DNA of 63,507 nucleotides, filler included, from Vannella sp. (GCA_023345925.1; 9 parts of 9 records of this genome joined end to end with filler, not necessarily neighbours in it); one strand, 5' to 3'; shown: positions 37,191 through 49,494, counted from the first letter of the whole stretch. Notes: a model not told the origin generated them from the letters alone. A program made the numbers and translations.

Positions 37191-38809
37191 ATGTCTGATC
37201 TGTTGCCTCTTGTTGTTAAGTATCTCGAGCAGCAAGGGCTTGCAAAGTCAGCGAGCTTGGTGCGGAAGGAAGGGAAGTTGAAGAAGGTGAGTTTGGTTTA
37301 GGCGAGGCGTTCGTGTTCTGATCGCTGGGTTGATCGACAGGACGCGGTGGAGGGAACCAGTCAGGATCTCGAGCAGATCTTCCAACTGTTTGGCAAGAAA
37401 CGACAACGATCTGCTTCTCCTGTTCACAAGACGAAGAAGCAGAAGACAAAGGAAGCCTCTGAGTCTTCCAGCTCTTCTTCTGATGATTCAAGCGACGATC
37501 AAGCGAACACGAAGATGAAGGAGAACTCGAGGTCGTCCTCAGACTCTTCAAGTTCTGATGAGAAACCAACTAAGAAGGACTCTTCCACCTCTTCCAGCTC
37601 CTCCGAAGACGAGAAGCCGATCAAGAAGGACTCCTCGAGTTCCTCCAGTTCAGATTCCTCTTCAAGCTCTTCTGAAGACGAGAAACCAACAAAGAAGGAC
37701 TCTTCTAGCTCCTCCAGTTCCTCTGAAGACGAGAAACCAACGAAGAAGGACTCTTCTAGCTCCTCCAGTTCATCTGATGAGGAGATGGTAGCAAAGAAGG
37801 ACTCTTCCAGCTCTTCAAGCTCCTCTGAAGACGAGAAACCAACAAAGAAGGACTCTTCTAGCTCCTCCAGTTCATCCGATGAGGAGATGGTAGCAAAGAA
37901 GGACTCTTCCAGCTCTTCAAGCTCCTCTGAAGACGAGAAGCCAACAAAGAAGGACTCCTCCAGTTCTTCTAGCTCCTCTGATGACGAGAAGGTGGCTAAG
38001 AAAGACTCTTCCAGTTCTTCTAGCTCTTCTAGTTCTTCTGAAGATGAGAAACCAACAAAGAAGGACTCTTCTAGCTCCTCAAGCTCCTCTGAAGACGAGA
38101 AGCCAACAAAGAAGGACTCTTCCAGCTCTTCTGACTCTTCCAGCTCTTCTGAAGATGAGAAACCAACGAAGAAGGACTCTTCCAGCTCTTCAAGCTCCTC
38201 CAGCTCGTCCGATGAGGAGATGCCAACAAAGAAGCAGTCCTCCAGCTCCAGTTCTTCCAGTTCTGAGGATGATAAGCCAGCGAATGCGTCTGCTTCCTCG
38301 TCATCAAGCAGCTCCGATGAGGAAGCGCCTGGTAAGAAGGAGGATAGCTCCAGTTCAAGCGACTCGTCCAGTGACGATTCGTCCTCAGAGGGTGAAGGCT
38401 CTTCGTCTGATGATCAGAAGATGAAAAAGAAGAAAGGCAAAGCCATGGACATTGACGAGGAGGAACTGGTCAAAGAGATCGAAGCCAAGATCGTCGAATT
38501 GGACATTCCCGCCAAGTCTCCCAGGTCTAACCGCCCATTCCAACGAATCGATGAGTCCAAAGCTCAGCAGTGGAAGAACAAGTTCAGTGACAACTCGTTC
38601 GACAAGAAGGTAAGAAGAGTTCTCCATTTATCCCCTCAACCTAACCTTCAGCACAGGTGGGCGACGAGTACGGCCGCAAAGCCAGTGAAGCTCTGGTGAG
38701 AGTGCGTGGGAAGGACTTCCGTCACGAGAAGACCAAAAAGAAGCGCGGAAGCTACCGAGGCGGTCCCATCAGCAACTCTGTGAACAGCTTCAAGTTCGAT
38801 TCCGATTAA
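37191..38809 (+). CDS. SRP40: Nopp140/SRP40 nucleolar phosphoprotein (3 exons)
   Basis: LisH-like start [17 protein letters not shown], alternating S/D/E and K-rich repeats, and C-terminal [22 protein letters not shown]...SFKFDSD. Confidence 0.92.
37550..38400 (+). repeat. Coding repeat ([17 protein letters not shown]) in Nopp140
   Basis: More than 10 copies of aagaaggactcttc... with variable serine-run length. Confidence 0.9.
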
Positions 38810-39281
38810 TCTCATTCCTGTTGCCCTCCTTAATGAACTCTTCTTCTCTTTATGACTTTAATGGAGTGCGCTACTCACCCTTGCGTTGCCCTCGTTCGTC
38901 CTCAATCAATAGTGTTACTCCACAAAAACCTGCTGAGAACGAGCTCTTAGAAGCTCCATGGATGAAGTACATCTTGGCACCCATGCGTTATTTCGCTTCT
39001 TTCGGAAGATTATGAGAATGATAAATAAGTGAACAGGGAAAGTACGGCGGGGTGATGAGCTTACCAACTGCCGTTCAACGCTCTCACTGATGTGGACGTC
39101 TGTCACTTGTTCCTCTTCTATGCCCTGGGGCTTGCAATCGTGAGCCAGCAGAACCTGAACACGACGGGCAGGCCGCCATGANNNNNNNNNNNNNNNNNNN
39201 NNNNNNNNNNNNNNNNNNNNNNNNNTTAATTAATTAANNNNNNNNNNNNNNNNNNNNNNNNNNNNNNNNNNNNNNNNNNNN

Positions 39282-41005
39282 TGGCGAGCGGGAGACCGGG
39301 GACGGCGAAGCACTCCTCTATTCCTGCATGCTTTCCCGATCCTCACACAAAGTCGTTCCCTCCACGATCTCCGTGGGAAAGGGAGTTCGTGCGCCTCTCC
39401 AACAGTCTTCGTAACAAACCAGATTGGACGAAGAAGGTCTTCCTCCCACACATCCTCTCCAGATGGAAGGAAGAAGTCTCCACAGCCGGACTCTCATTCT
39501 TGTGGGACCGATTAGTAGCAGAACTACAGTATCTAGCCTCCCTTACCACCCCTGAAGCAGAGCCTTCAAGTGTGGATGGCGCATGGCTGGCGGACAATGT
39601 CATCCCGTCCGCCCTTCACCAACAGTTCTCTAGCCAAGTGAGAGAGCAGCTTGAAGTGAAAGATAAGGACTGGCACCCTGACTCTGGAGAGACCGTAGTG
39701 GACCTCCTCCATCCCTCTCTGTTCTGCTATGTTGAAGGGCGGACGCCTCTCCTCTCCGACGAAGAGATGTCTCTCACTCATCTGACCTCAAAAGAGGAAT
39801 GGGAAGCCTTCTTGAACGTGAGCGCAGTCCCTTTGGTACCAGAGGTCCCTCTGACAGAAAGTCTTGAAGTTATCCGCCGTGCCAGACTCCTTGCAAAAGC
39901 TGGATATAAGATGCGACCGAACCAAGCTAGTGAAGGAGGTTCCGGTGAAGACGAATCGAGCGAGGAAAGTGATGCCAAACTGATCTTCCACCGATACGAA
40001 CTGCCAGATGATCCCTACGAGGATCCAACTCCTCATCCGGACAATCTAAGGAAGGAGGTTCTTTGTGAACACCTCGCTTGCATCTTCCGTTGGCTTCCAG
40101 CTGAAGTTCAAGTGCTCCGCACGCAAGAAGTCATCTTCCAGTCCTACATTAACGGCTTACATCCTTTTGAACACGCTGCGTTGTACCAAACCATAAGCAA
40201 GATCATGTCCTACTTTATCCCACTGTGGGAGAAGGTACTGAGTGACTTAGCTCACTGTGACAGTTCATATGGAAGGAATAGACTCATCCAACTGGATGAT
40301 GACTCTTCGGGGATCCACTGGGAGGATCTCTCACAACAATTTAGAGATGAACCTGACAACCCACTGATGTTTCCCTTCGTCCAGCCTCCCGCCCGGCCAG
40401 TGGTAGACCTGACTGGTTCTCCATTGCAAGTAATTGTGAAAATGGCTTCCATCGAACTCACTCCCGAAAAGCCATCTTATCAAGGAACCTGGCATATCGA
40501 AGGAGTCCCTGCAGAGGGGATCATCTCGACTGGGATATTCTACTTTGATGAAGAGAACATCCAAGACAACTTCCTTCGTTTCAGGGAAGCAATTAACGAT
40601 CCCCCAGCAGACTACGAGACAAATTGTCCGCTGGGATTCAGTTTCGGAATGCACATGAACAGAGATCTGGGACATGTACAAACAAAGAAAGGGCGCCTGT
40701 TGGCGTTCCCCAACACACTTCAGCATCGCGTATCTCCCGTAAAGCTGAAGGATAACTCAAAACCTGGTTTCCGAAAGCTTCTAGTTTTCTTTTTGGTTGA
40801 TCCTAACAAGAGAGAACAAGTTATTTCTACCAGCAGAGTTCCCCCACAGCAAAGAGAGTGGCATCCACATCCTTCCAAGAATGACTTGGTCACTCTCGAC
40901 CAGGCCAAGAAAGACAGAGAAGACCTCATGTTCACCCGCAAGTTCTATGTCATCTCGCAGAACGAAAGGTTGTTTGAACGAGAATTCACTTTCTGTGAGC
41001 ACTAA
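39282..41005 (+). CDS. DUF4246-like protein (putative 2OG-Fe(II) oxygenase fold), 5'-truncated
   Basis: DWHP.S...VVDLLHPSL, SYINGLHP, LQVIVKMASIELTPEKP.Y..WHIEG, FPNTLQHRV, FFLVDP and FTFCEH terminus. Confidence 0.8.
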
Positions 41006-41039
41006 AGCAGACTGGAACGTGTGAACCCCAAAAAAAGTA

Positions 41040-41052
41040 TTTTCCCGCCAAA
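41040..41052 (+). promoter_or_regulatory. E2F-like site TTTCCCGCCAAA upstream of DCC1
   Basis: Matches TTTSSCGC and overlaps a reverse-strand TTTGGCGG, about 15-25 nt before the ATG of an S-phase gene. Confidence 0.5.
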
Positions 41053-41064
41053 ATCATTTTCGTG

Positions 41065-42193
41065 ATGGCCTCGACTCCTCTGCGCTTTCATGAGGCGTAT
41101 GGGGCTGTATCAGAAGAGTACATGCTCTTTGAACTGCCAGATACTGTGATGCAAGAGCTCAAAGAGAGCAAGGGAGAGTGAGAGAGAGCGAGAACAGCCC
41201 GGAGGGTGACTAATCAGAGGGGTTTAACTGTGTAGCCTGCACATCGTCGGACAAGAATCAGACGAAGCGGTTCTGTGCTCCTCCGATCAGACATTCCGGC
41301 TACGAAGAGCAGAGTCTTCCAACAGCACTTTGATAGCGACGCTTCCCAGCTCCCCCGCCGGCGATGCAGAGATCTACAGCTCCGTAGCCTTCTACTATGA
41401 GCTCCAGAAGGTTCCACCTCGCCTTGAAGCACTCAAACAGAAGCTCAGAGCCACTCCCCACGACCCAGAGCTGCAACAGACCGAGGAAGTTGGCTTCTCG
41501 TTGGACGAGCTCCTCACATTCGTTCAGGCAAGCAAAGGAGAGCTGTTTGAAGCACTAGCTCAAGAGAGAGCGTTTGAGATGAACGGACGCTGGCGGGTGC
41601 TCTCTGAAAGGTACGAGCGAGAACTGTTCACTCTTATTCTCCTGAATCTTCAGTCTGATGTCCTGGAACCTGTCTATTTACGTGCTACCTATCGTTCTAT
41701 CCAATCAGATATGCAGGAGGACGCTCCTCCGTTGAGGATAGTCCGCCATCTCTTAACAGTATACTCCATTGAAGTCACCAAAGAGGATGCGGACGAAGTC
41801 TATCGATTAGACGCTGATCTCGTCATGCAGTTCTACGCAGAAGGTATCTTTTTGAGTCATAAGAGGGCCCCAGTTCCTCTAGAAGAGTTCATGAATCGCT
41901 GGAACGCAGAATGTCCGGCAGATTGCCGTCCTCAGCGCTCCTTACTGAATGGCATGGCGGTTGAAACTGCTAAGGGCTCAGCGCGGTATATGACATACTT
42001 CCCCGCCCGAGATCTGCCCCAAGACATTCCCGCCCGCTTTGCCGCTCTTTTCGGGTTCCAAGCTCAGTGGAAGCTTGCCGACCTCCAACCCTACCTCCGC
42101 GCAGTCGCCCATTCGATGACAGTGGACCAACTTCTCTTCAAGTACTGCCGGTCCACCCAGACCCCAGAAGGGAAAGTGTATACCAAACGTTAA
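41065..42193 (+). CDS. DCC1: Sister chromatid cohesion protein DCC1 (2 exons)
   Basis: YMLFELP, GQESDEAVLCSSDQTFRLRRAESSNS, VQASKGEL, LPQDIPARFAALF...W...DLQPYL and LLFKYCR. Confidence 0.92.
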
Positions 42194-42257
42194 TAAGACA
42201 CTTCTTCCTCCCTCCTTGCAGCTCCCCTTCCTCATGATGGTCGTATAACACTCTTTA

Positions 42258-42866
42258 TCAGCTTCTATCACTTGGCGCTGTCTCCCCGTCCGGGAAGTGG
42301 AAGTGAAACACTCTTTCGCAAGACACTTCTAGGAGGCTCTGATCTGAGACTTGGCGGGCGATGAGGCGCTGCTGGTAGACAAAGTCGGATATGTCTTCGA
42401 TAAGAACGATGTCTGTGCCATCGCTGAAGCTTGCCACGTTCTTCAGGCCAAGTTGGATGGCTCGGCGAGTCAAATGAGGGCTTCCGTCCACATAGTGGTC
42501 AGGATCCCACTGCAAACGGACGTTATCTCCTCCCAATGGCTTAGCACCTCGTTCTCGTGCTTGTCCAAGGTATCTTTCGAAGGCTTCTCGCTTCAACCAG
42601 ATGGCCAACACCCGTTCCTGGTTCTTCTTCGAGCCCCAAGCGCTTCTGAACATCATCCAGAGGAAGTTGGTCTTAATCCACGTCATTCGCGTCGTAGAGT
42701 ACCGTGGAGCGCCCACCAGCCTCTGGTTCTCCACTGCGTACTTGGCAATGTCGCTACGGAAGGCCTGGTACACGCACACTGCCTCCTCGGTGTACTGAGC
42801 GAGTATAACCTTCCCTGATCTTGGCCAATGCTCCCTAGCCACGTCGTACCTCTCACTCTTCCACAT
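42258..42866 (-). CDS. DUF4291-family protein
   Basis: ILAQY...VYQAF..DIA..AV, RMTWIKTNFLWMMFRSAWG.KKNQERVLAI, VRLQWDPD and RRAIQLGL; intronless. Confidence 0.88.
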   Translation of the reverse strand: MWKSERYDVAREHWPRSGKVILAQYTEEAVCVYQAFRSDIAKYAVENQRLVGAPRYSTTRMTWIKTNFLWMMFRSAWGSKKNQERVLAIWLKREAFERYLGQARERGAKPLGGDNVRLQWDPDHYVDGSPHLTRRAIQLGLKNVASFSDGTDIVLIEDISDFVYQQRLIARQVSDQSLLEVSCERVFHFHFPDGETAPSDRS

Positions 42867-42991
42867 GAATGAACGGAAAAGACTTTTCTGTCCTTTGTGA
42901 GAAGAAGAGCAGAATGGCGATCGTATGCGGTTGCTAGAGGGGAGAGAAGAAGGGTCTAGAAGAAGAAAGAATGGTATTGGAGTGCTCCCTC

Positions 42992-43719
42992 TCATTGTAG
43001 TACACAGCAACCTCGCCCAGCTCCGTTGTCGCCGGCTCCATCGACGTTCTCGTTCTTGGAGGCTTTGACAATTCGAACCAGCTCAGTGAAGACCTCCTGG
43101 ACGTTGGCTTCTGTCTTGGCGGACGTCTCGAAGAAGGGGCAACCCCACTTCTGTGCTAACTCCTGTCCCTCGACCGACGATACCTCCCGGGAGCTCTCCA
43201 AGTCACACTTGCTTCCAATAAGAATCAATGGGACCTAAACACCGCCCTTTCAGCTTCAGAGAGCGGAGAACACGGACGCGTGCCCGTTGGAGAACTAGCT
43301 CACCTCCTCTTTGCCTTTCACCTGAAGGATATGATCGAAGAAGCGACTGGTAGCAACAAAGGTATCGCGCATGACAATCGAGAAGATGATTAGAAAGCCC
43401 TCGCCTAACCGGTAGTAGTTGTCGCGCATCTAATCCCTGTCAGTTCTCTCTCTTTCTCTCTCCCTTCGGAACCTGGTGATCCTGAGAGGTACAACCAAGG
43501 ACGTACGTATTCTTCCTGTCCAGCCGTATCAAGGATGTCCAATTGGCACCTCTCCCCGTCGACCTCGATGATTTTGCGATAGCTGTCGGCCGTAGTGGGC
43601 TCATACTCCTCCACAAAGTTACCATACATGAACCTCTGCGTCAGAGCAGACTTCCCTGCTCCACCAGCCCCCACAACGATGACCTTGTGTTCCGGATACG
43701 CCGACTTCTTCTTAGACAT
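42992..43719 (-). CDS. Ras-family small GTPase, Ral-like
   Basis: [51 protein letters not shown] and terminal CCVLQ (CAAX). Introns 43430-43506 and 43235-43303. Confidence 0.9.
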
Positions 43720-43810
43720 GGCGACCAACCGGACCCCGACGCCACAAACTGACTCCCACCCGCCCCTCCCATCACCACAACCATCGTCATTAGAACACAA
43801 ACAGCGCAGT

Positions 43811-45114
43811 TTAGATGCCCATGGGATGGGCGGTGTTGAAGTGCTTTGCTTCGCGGGTCTCCCGGAACTTGATAGAGCGGTACTTGAGGGTCCTGTGGGG
43901 TGGTGAGAAGCTGCTTCTGGAAGAGGGTAACATGGAGGAGGGCTTACTTGGGCTTTCGAGGCTCCAGCATGTTGCGTCGTTCGAAGCTGTTGAAAAGATC
44001 AAACGAGAGTGTGTTGGTGGGCTGTTGAGCGTCCAAAGTCAATTGTGATCACTCTAACCTATACCAGTGGGTAGACTGACCTTCAAACTGCGGAAGGAAG
44101 AAGGCAACTCGTCGCTGTAAAGGAAGTCGACTGGCTTCTCCTGGAACTTGCGCTTTCCCAAGCGCCTTGTGAGAGTGTGAGAGGATGCGTCTTTGGCTTC
44201 CTTCTTGGCGAGGAGTTCGTCCTCGTGGGCATCCTTCTTCTCCTCAATGGCGTCGATGAGGGTTTGGAGACTAGCTAGATCGTGAGAGAAGCCAATGGTA
44301 CCAAAGAGGAGCACACGTACCGATCAGGTTGCTCCATGGGCTTCTTGTTGACCTTCCTCTCCTTCGCCAAGAGGAGCTTCCGCCGTCTCATCTTGTTTCG
44401 TTGAGTTTGGGTGAACTTCATGCTGTAATGGCGTTGGATATCGTCCTCACGAGTTGGTCCCTCTTCTTCATCATCTGATTCCTCGCCCTCGGAGTCACTG
44501 TAGTTCCATCTCACCTCCACATCAGGTCCGCGAAGAACGGTTGGGGTGATCTTCTTCGCTGCTTCCTCCTCTGGTCGAATAGACCTGTCCACTTGTTGGA
44601 GAGCCATCTTGAGGAGCTCCTGATGATCCTCAGGGCGGGGATGGTACGATTGTCCAGGCTGCATCGTGTCGAGAACTGATCCTTTGAGGACAACGCTGGG
44701 GACCTTGGCCTTCCGCCTTTGTACTTTGATATCAACACCCCAAAGATCAAAGTCAGGAACCACAGTTTGGGGTGCCTCCACCTTGGGGATCAAGCTGGGA
44801 TCCTTTTGTTGGCGTTCCAACTGATCCATGATCTTCTGCAAGTGCATGTCGGATGGGGTGATGTTAGGGCGCCCTTGCTTCTTCTTTCCAATGGGCGTCG
44901 TAATTCTCTCAAGGTACAGCTCCCTCCCTGAGGCGCGCTCCCTCTTTGCTTGTCGCGAGAGGATCTCAGGTCGGCTGGGCTTATCAACAACAAAGAGTTG
45001 GTTGTCGGAGGTGTCTCTCAAGCGGTGGATGTCTTCTTCCTCATCAACATTCACATTCTTCCTCCAAGCCTTCTTTCCTCGCCGGGATCGAGCAGCCTTC
45101 AATCCTTTCGGCAT
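43811..45114 (-). CDS. NOP53: Ribosome biogenesis protein NOP53/GLTSCR2 (4 exons)
   Basis: [47 protein letters not shown] and [10 protein letters not shown]. Confidence 0.93.
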
Positions 45115-45286
45115 CACCACAAAATGATCAACAATTCGTCCAATTCAATCACAAGCCGCAAATTAACTTTTCTCTTTGACTGATTAACAGAACGAATCAT
45201 CTGTGATCATCTTGATTCATCGTCAATTTCCTTGAATAATCGGACTCGATGTCCAATGGGAAGGAAGCAGCCATTTTGGTTTGGAC

Positions 45287-47217
45287 ATGGCGAAAGGGCT
45301 GCTTCTCGTCTTGGTCCTTTGCGTTTCTTTTGCATTCGCTGGGTTTGTCGGTGGGTATTTGGGGTGTTGAGACGGGCGTCCTTCTAATGATAAGCAGAGA
45401 CGGTTTACACTGCCACCCTTTCCGACAACCAAGTTGTCCCTCTTCCTCGTGATTCTTCTGCGGGACAGGGCACTGCTATTTGTATCTTGACTCGTAATAC
45501 CGAGGTACACATTCTCCATCTGCCTTTTGACTCATTGCTAACTGAGCCTAGCCCTTGACAATGGACTGTGAGATCCAACACGATGTGCGAGAGGCTTCAA
45601 GTGCCTCGATTCACATTGCCCCTCGTGGTGAGAGTGGTCCATCAGTCTACACCTTCACTGGGTACGAAATCCCCCTCTTCACCTTCATTCTCTCACTAGG
45701 AGGTCCAGTTCTTTGTCTCGCAACTTCAGACAGTCCTTCCGCTTGGAGAACCAGAATGGATACACTCCAGAACAGCAGGTGAAGGACTTTTTGAGTGGCG
45801 TAAGTAGCTCCCTCGTTGGGAAGGAGAAACTGATGGAATCGGTTTCAGAACTGGTACGCTCTTATCGCCTCTCCTGACTACCCCAAAGGAGAGATCCGTG
45901 GGCAATTGGAGTCTTCTGCTCGATTCTACTCTCGTCTCTCAGTGTCCAACACAGTTCCTCGCGCTAGCGGCTCTTCCGCTCGGGGCATTGCCGTTGGCAC
46001 CTACATCGCTGGGAACCGCCAAATCAACTTGAACATGGTCCACAGCGTCACTAGTCCCAAGACTGACGGCCTTCAGATCCGTTATGGATCTCCTGGACAG
46101 ACTGGCCCCTTGGTCTATTCCTTCAATCCTTCCCAGTCGCCTGTGGATGGCACCGTTCGCTTGACTATCAATGAGCAAAGAGAGTTCTACCAGGATCTTC
46201 TTTACCTCAACCTAGCCTCCACTAACAACCCCAACGGGGAGATCAGAGGGCAGATCATCACTGTCAACTACATTTCACAGGTGAGCCACTCCTGGCACAG
46301 GGAGACGACTCCCACTCACTTTTATCTAGTTGGCCTTCACTCTCCGTATGAGTGGCGACGCTCTTGTTCCTGCTGTGACCACAAGCAGTCGTGGAGGCGG
46401 TCTCTTTGCCTATAACTGTGCCACCAAGGTTCTCGAGTACCTGATCATGCACAACGTTGCTGGGGCAACGGGCGCTTTCATTGGTAACGGAGTGAAAGAT
46501 GAGGCTGGAACTCCTCTCTTCAGTCTGTCGAACAGCCAATCTCCCATCTTCGGAAGTGTCTTGCTCAGCCTTCAGGAGGAGCTGTTCTTGTACACTCGAG
46601 GATTGTTCGTTCTTGTTGCTAGTGCCACCTCTCCATCAGGAGAGATCCGCGGCCAGATCTCTGAGGAGTACGACTGGTGGGCTTACCTCACTGGTTCAGG
46701 TGTCGTTCCTTCCGTCTCTACTTCCGCCGTCGGATTGGCCACGATGCAACTCAAGGGCAACGCAAACCGTGCACTTGACTATGCCATCTTCCACAACGTT
46801 GAGTTCCCTCTTCGTGCCACCATGAATGTGGCCTACGAAGGCAACAACGGGCAGTCCAACTTTGCCTTCAAGAACGTCTTCTCTCCCATCCGCGGGAATG
46901 ACTTTTTGATGGATGACGATGATCTCCAAGCCTTCACAACGGATGCCAGCTACATTTCCATCACCAGCAGCGATTATCCCTTCTTGGGAGAGATTCGGGG
47001 CCAAATCCACCGCATCAATCCTTGCGTTCCCGATAACGATAACGTGCTGACCGTGAGTAGTGTCCGCAACAACAGAAACAAGAAGGATGTCATGCACCTG
47101 GAAGTTCCCAGCTCCTTGGGAGAGGACCTCATCGCCTCGACCGTCAATGAGAGGAACTCCGGCTCCCTCCTCCAGCTCAGCGTAGCTGCCTTGGTTTTGG
47201 TCGCTTTCCTCTTCTAG
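45287..47217 (+). CDS. Secreted, probably GPI-anchored protein with four CHRD domains (5 exons)
   Basis: Signal peptide MAKGLLLVLVLC; four GEIRGQ(L/I) motifs; ASIHIAPRGESGP; hydrophobic C-terminus. Confidence 0.82.
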
Positions 47218-47786
47218 AAAGCTTCTATTTATGCTTCCGAATGCTCCGTTTGATCCATAAAACGGCTGTCTGCTGTTCCCTACCTCGCCGAACCCTACCA
47301 GAACTCGTCTCTTTCGTCCTCCTCGTGGAAGGGTTTGGAGACCTCTTGGATGTGAGTGCCCGAGCGGGTTTGGTAGTNNNNNNNNNNNNNNNNNNNNNNN
47401 NNNNNNNNNNNNNNNNNNNNNTTAATTAATTAANNNNNNNNNNNNNNNNNNNNNNNNNNNNNNNNNNNNNNNNNNNNCGAGTTCGAACTGATGCCAGACA
47501 TTGTTATCACCAGACGCACACGCCGAGGTGCTCATCAAGACACGATCCACTATGCATCCCGCGGAGTCAATAGTGCCGATTGCCTTGAACTCTTGCAAGT
47601 ATGTTGTTCCATTCATACTGACTTCTCCACCGCTCCCGCTCTTCTGGGCTGAATCCTATTCAATCCATTAAACCGATCATCTGCTTGCTTCGACCAGTCT
47701 CCAGTCCATTCAGGGTGACCAGTGGACCAAAGGCCCTCGAATGTCATTTCCTGTTCGCTGATTGGCTGGGGCAGTGAGGCAGGGAC

Positions 47787-48881
47787 ATGGAGGAAACACT
47801 GGAAGAAGCGCTATTTCATGGTACAGTGCAGATAGTAGATGGGAGAGGGTGGGTGTTGGGTCTTCCTGGGTTCGTAAGGAGCGCAACAGGAGCTCAGAAT
47901 GTGCGAGAGGGTGAACTGGTTCAGTCGCTTTGGTCAGGATACGGCTCGATCACGCGGTGGTATCTTGAGGGATGCTTACAAACCACTGCCATCCTGAAGA
48001 AGGTGGCTCCCCCAAGCGGCGATGGCTCTCCTGAACAGTTGCGATCCCACCAGCGCAAGATCAGGAGCTACGAAGTGGAGATCTCCTTCTATCTCCGGTA
48101 TGCTATGCGATGTGACTCCACCTGTCGCATTCCTCGCCTACTTGGTGCTGTATCTGTGGAGAAGGGATCCTGTCGAGCGATTCTGTTGGAGGATCTCGAT
48201 GCTGAGGGCTTTTCTTCCCGAGGATTGACCTCAAAGACAGCTGTTTCAAGTTGTGTGCGATGGCTTGCAAACTTTCATGCCGTTTTCATGCATCTGGAGC
48301 CCTCAGAGCTTTGGGAGGAAGGTACTTACTGGCACTTGGATACCCGTCCAGATGAATTGGCTTCCTTAAAGCATCGAGGAGGGGATGCTTCACTACTACT
48401 TAGTGCCGCAGTGGATATTGATAAGAAGCTTTCTCAAGCAAAGTATCGAACGATTCTTCATGGCGATGCGAAAGTGGATAACTTTTGCTTTTCTGTGGAT
48501 GGAAAGAATGTCGCTGCTTTGGACTGGCAATACGTTGGAGGAGGCTGCGGGATGAAGGATTTGAGTTATTTCCTAAGCAGTGTCTTTGACGAACGCCAGC
48601 TGGAGCGTTGGACAAGTGTCTATCTCGATGAGTACTTTGAATGTCTCACTGAAAGACTGAATGGACGAGAGAGAGAGGATGCTTCCTTCTGTGCATCAGA
48701 GATCGAAAGCGAATGGAGAGGTCTCTATCCTTTCGCTGTAGCAGACTTTCAACGATTCTTATTGGGATGGAGCGGGGAATCTCACAATCGTTGTGGCAAA
48801 CACTCCCGCCAACAGGTTCTCCTCGCTCTTGACGCTCTGAAAGAGCAATCCATCACTCCAGCAGTCTTTCAGGAGCAATAA
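47787..48881 (+). CDS. Ecdysteroid-kinase-like (APH/choline kinase fold) phosphotransferase
   Basis: QSLWSGYG, RSYEVEISFY, LLEDL, WLANFHA, HGDAKVDNF and DWQYVGGGCGMKDL; intronless. Confidence 0.85.
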   Translation: MEETLEEALFHGTVQIVDGRGWVLGLPGFVRSATGAQNVREGELVQSLWSGYGSITRWYLEGCLQTTAILKKVAPPSGDGSPEQLRSHQRKIRSYEVEISFYLRYAMRCDSTCRIPRLLGAVSVEKGSCRAILLEDLDAEGFSSRGLTSKTAVSSCVRWLANFHAVFMHLEPSELWEEGTYWHLDTRPDELASLKHRGGDASLLLSAAVDIDKKLSQAKYRTILHGDAKVDNFCFSVDGKNVAALDWQYVGGGCGMKDLSYFLSSVFDERQLERWTSVYLDEYFECLTERLNGREREDASFCASEIESEWRGLYPFAVADFQRFLLGWSGESHNRCGKHSRQQVLLALDALKEQSITPAVFQEQ

Positions 48882-49494
48882 ACATCCCTCCTGACGTCTG
48901 ATTGAGTGAAAACCAGGAAGAAAGTTCCTTTTCACTTGGATACATCAATGGCTGAGGGTCTGGAGGGTGTAGCATGGTCTAAACCAAGCGCTTATACTCT
49001 TTTGGTGTCTTCTTAACGAGCAAATGATGTATTGTGGTCATCAGGAGCCCTGTCTGGTTGGATTGTGGCGCCATGGAGAGTGGCAACATAGATGGCCCAT
49101 AGAACGCGGTCTAGGCCTTAGTATCCTTCTTATCTGGGTTCTCTGGTCTACCACTAGGTGGAGCAACTCCCAAGTAATCCTGGTGATGAGCAGATCCAAC
49201 TTCCTTTCCATTTTGTTCCCCACAAGCTCCTCGTTGGACATTCTGCAAGACTGGAAAGGCACCTCCTGCTATCGCATCTCGTAAAGGGTTGTCGCTAACC
49301 TTGTGCTGAACCTTCTTCCTCAAGGGCACCAAAAGTTCCGACATCCCCCTTTGAGAGGATAAAGAGAGAATGGCCTCTTTCACCCTTCCTCATTTCCCTC
49401 TAAAATGGAGTTAAAATAAGGTTTATTGCTCGAGCGAATGTCTGTGGAAGGGTGGGATTCGATGCTTGAGGGTTTAGGGTTGAGTGAGGTTGGG

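Noticed and set aside
37550..38400. Repeat array with variable spacing
   Set aside because: Explained as the Ser/acidic-Lys coding repeats of Nopp140.
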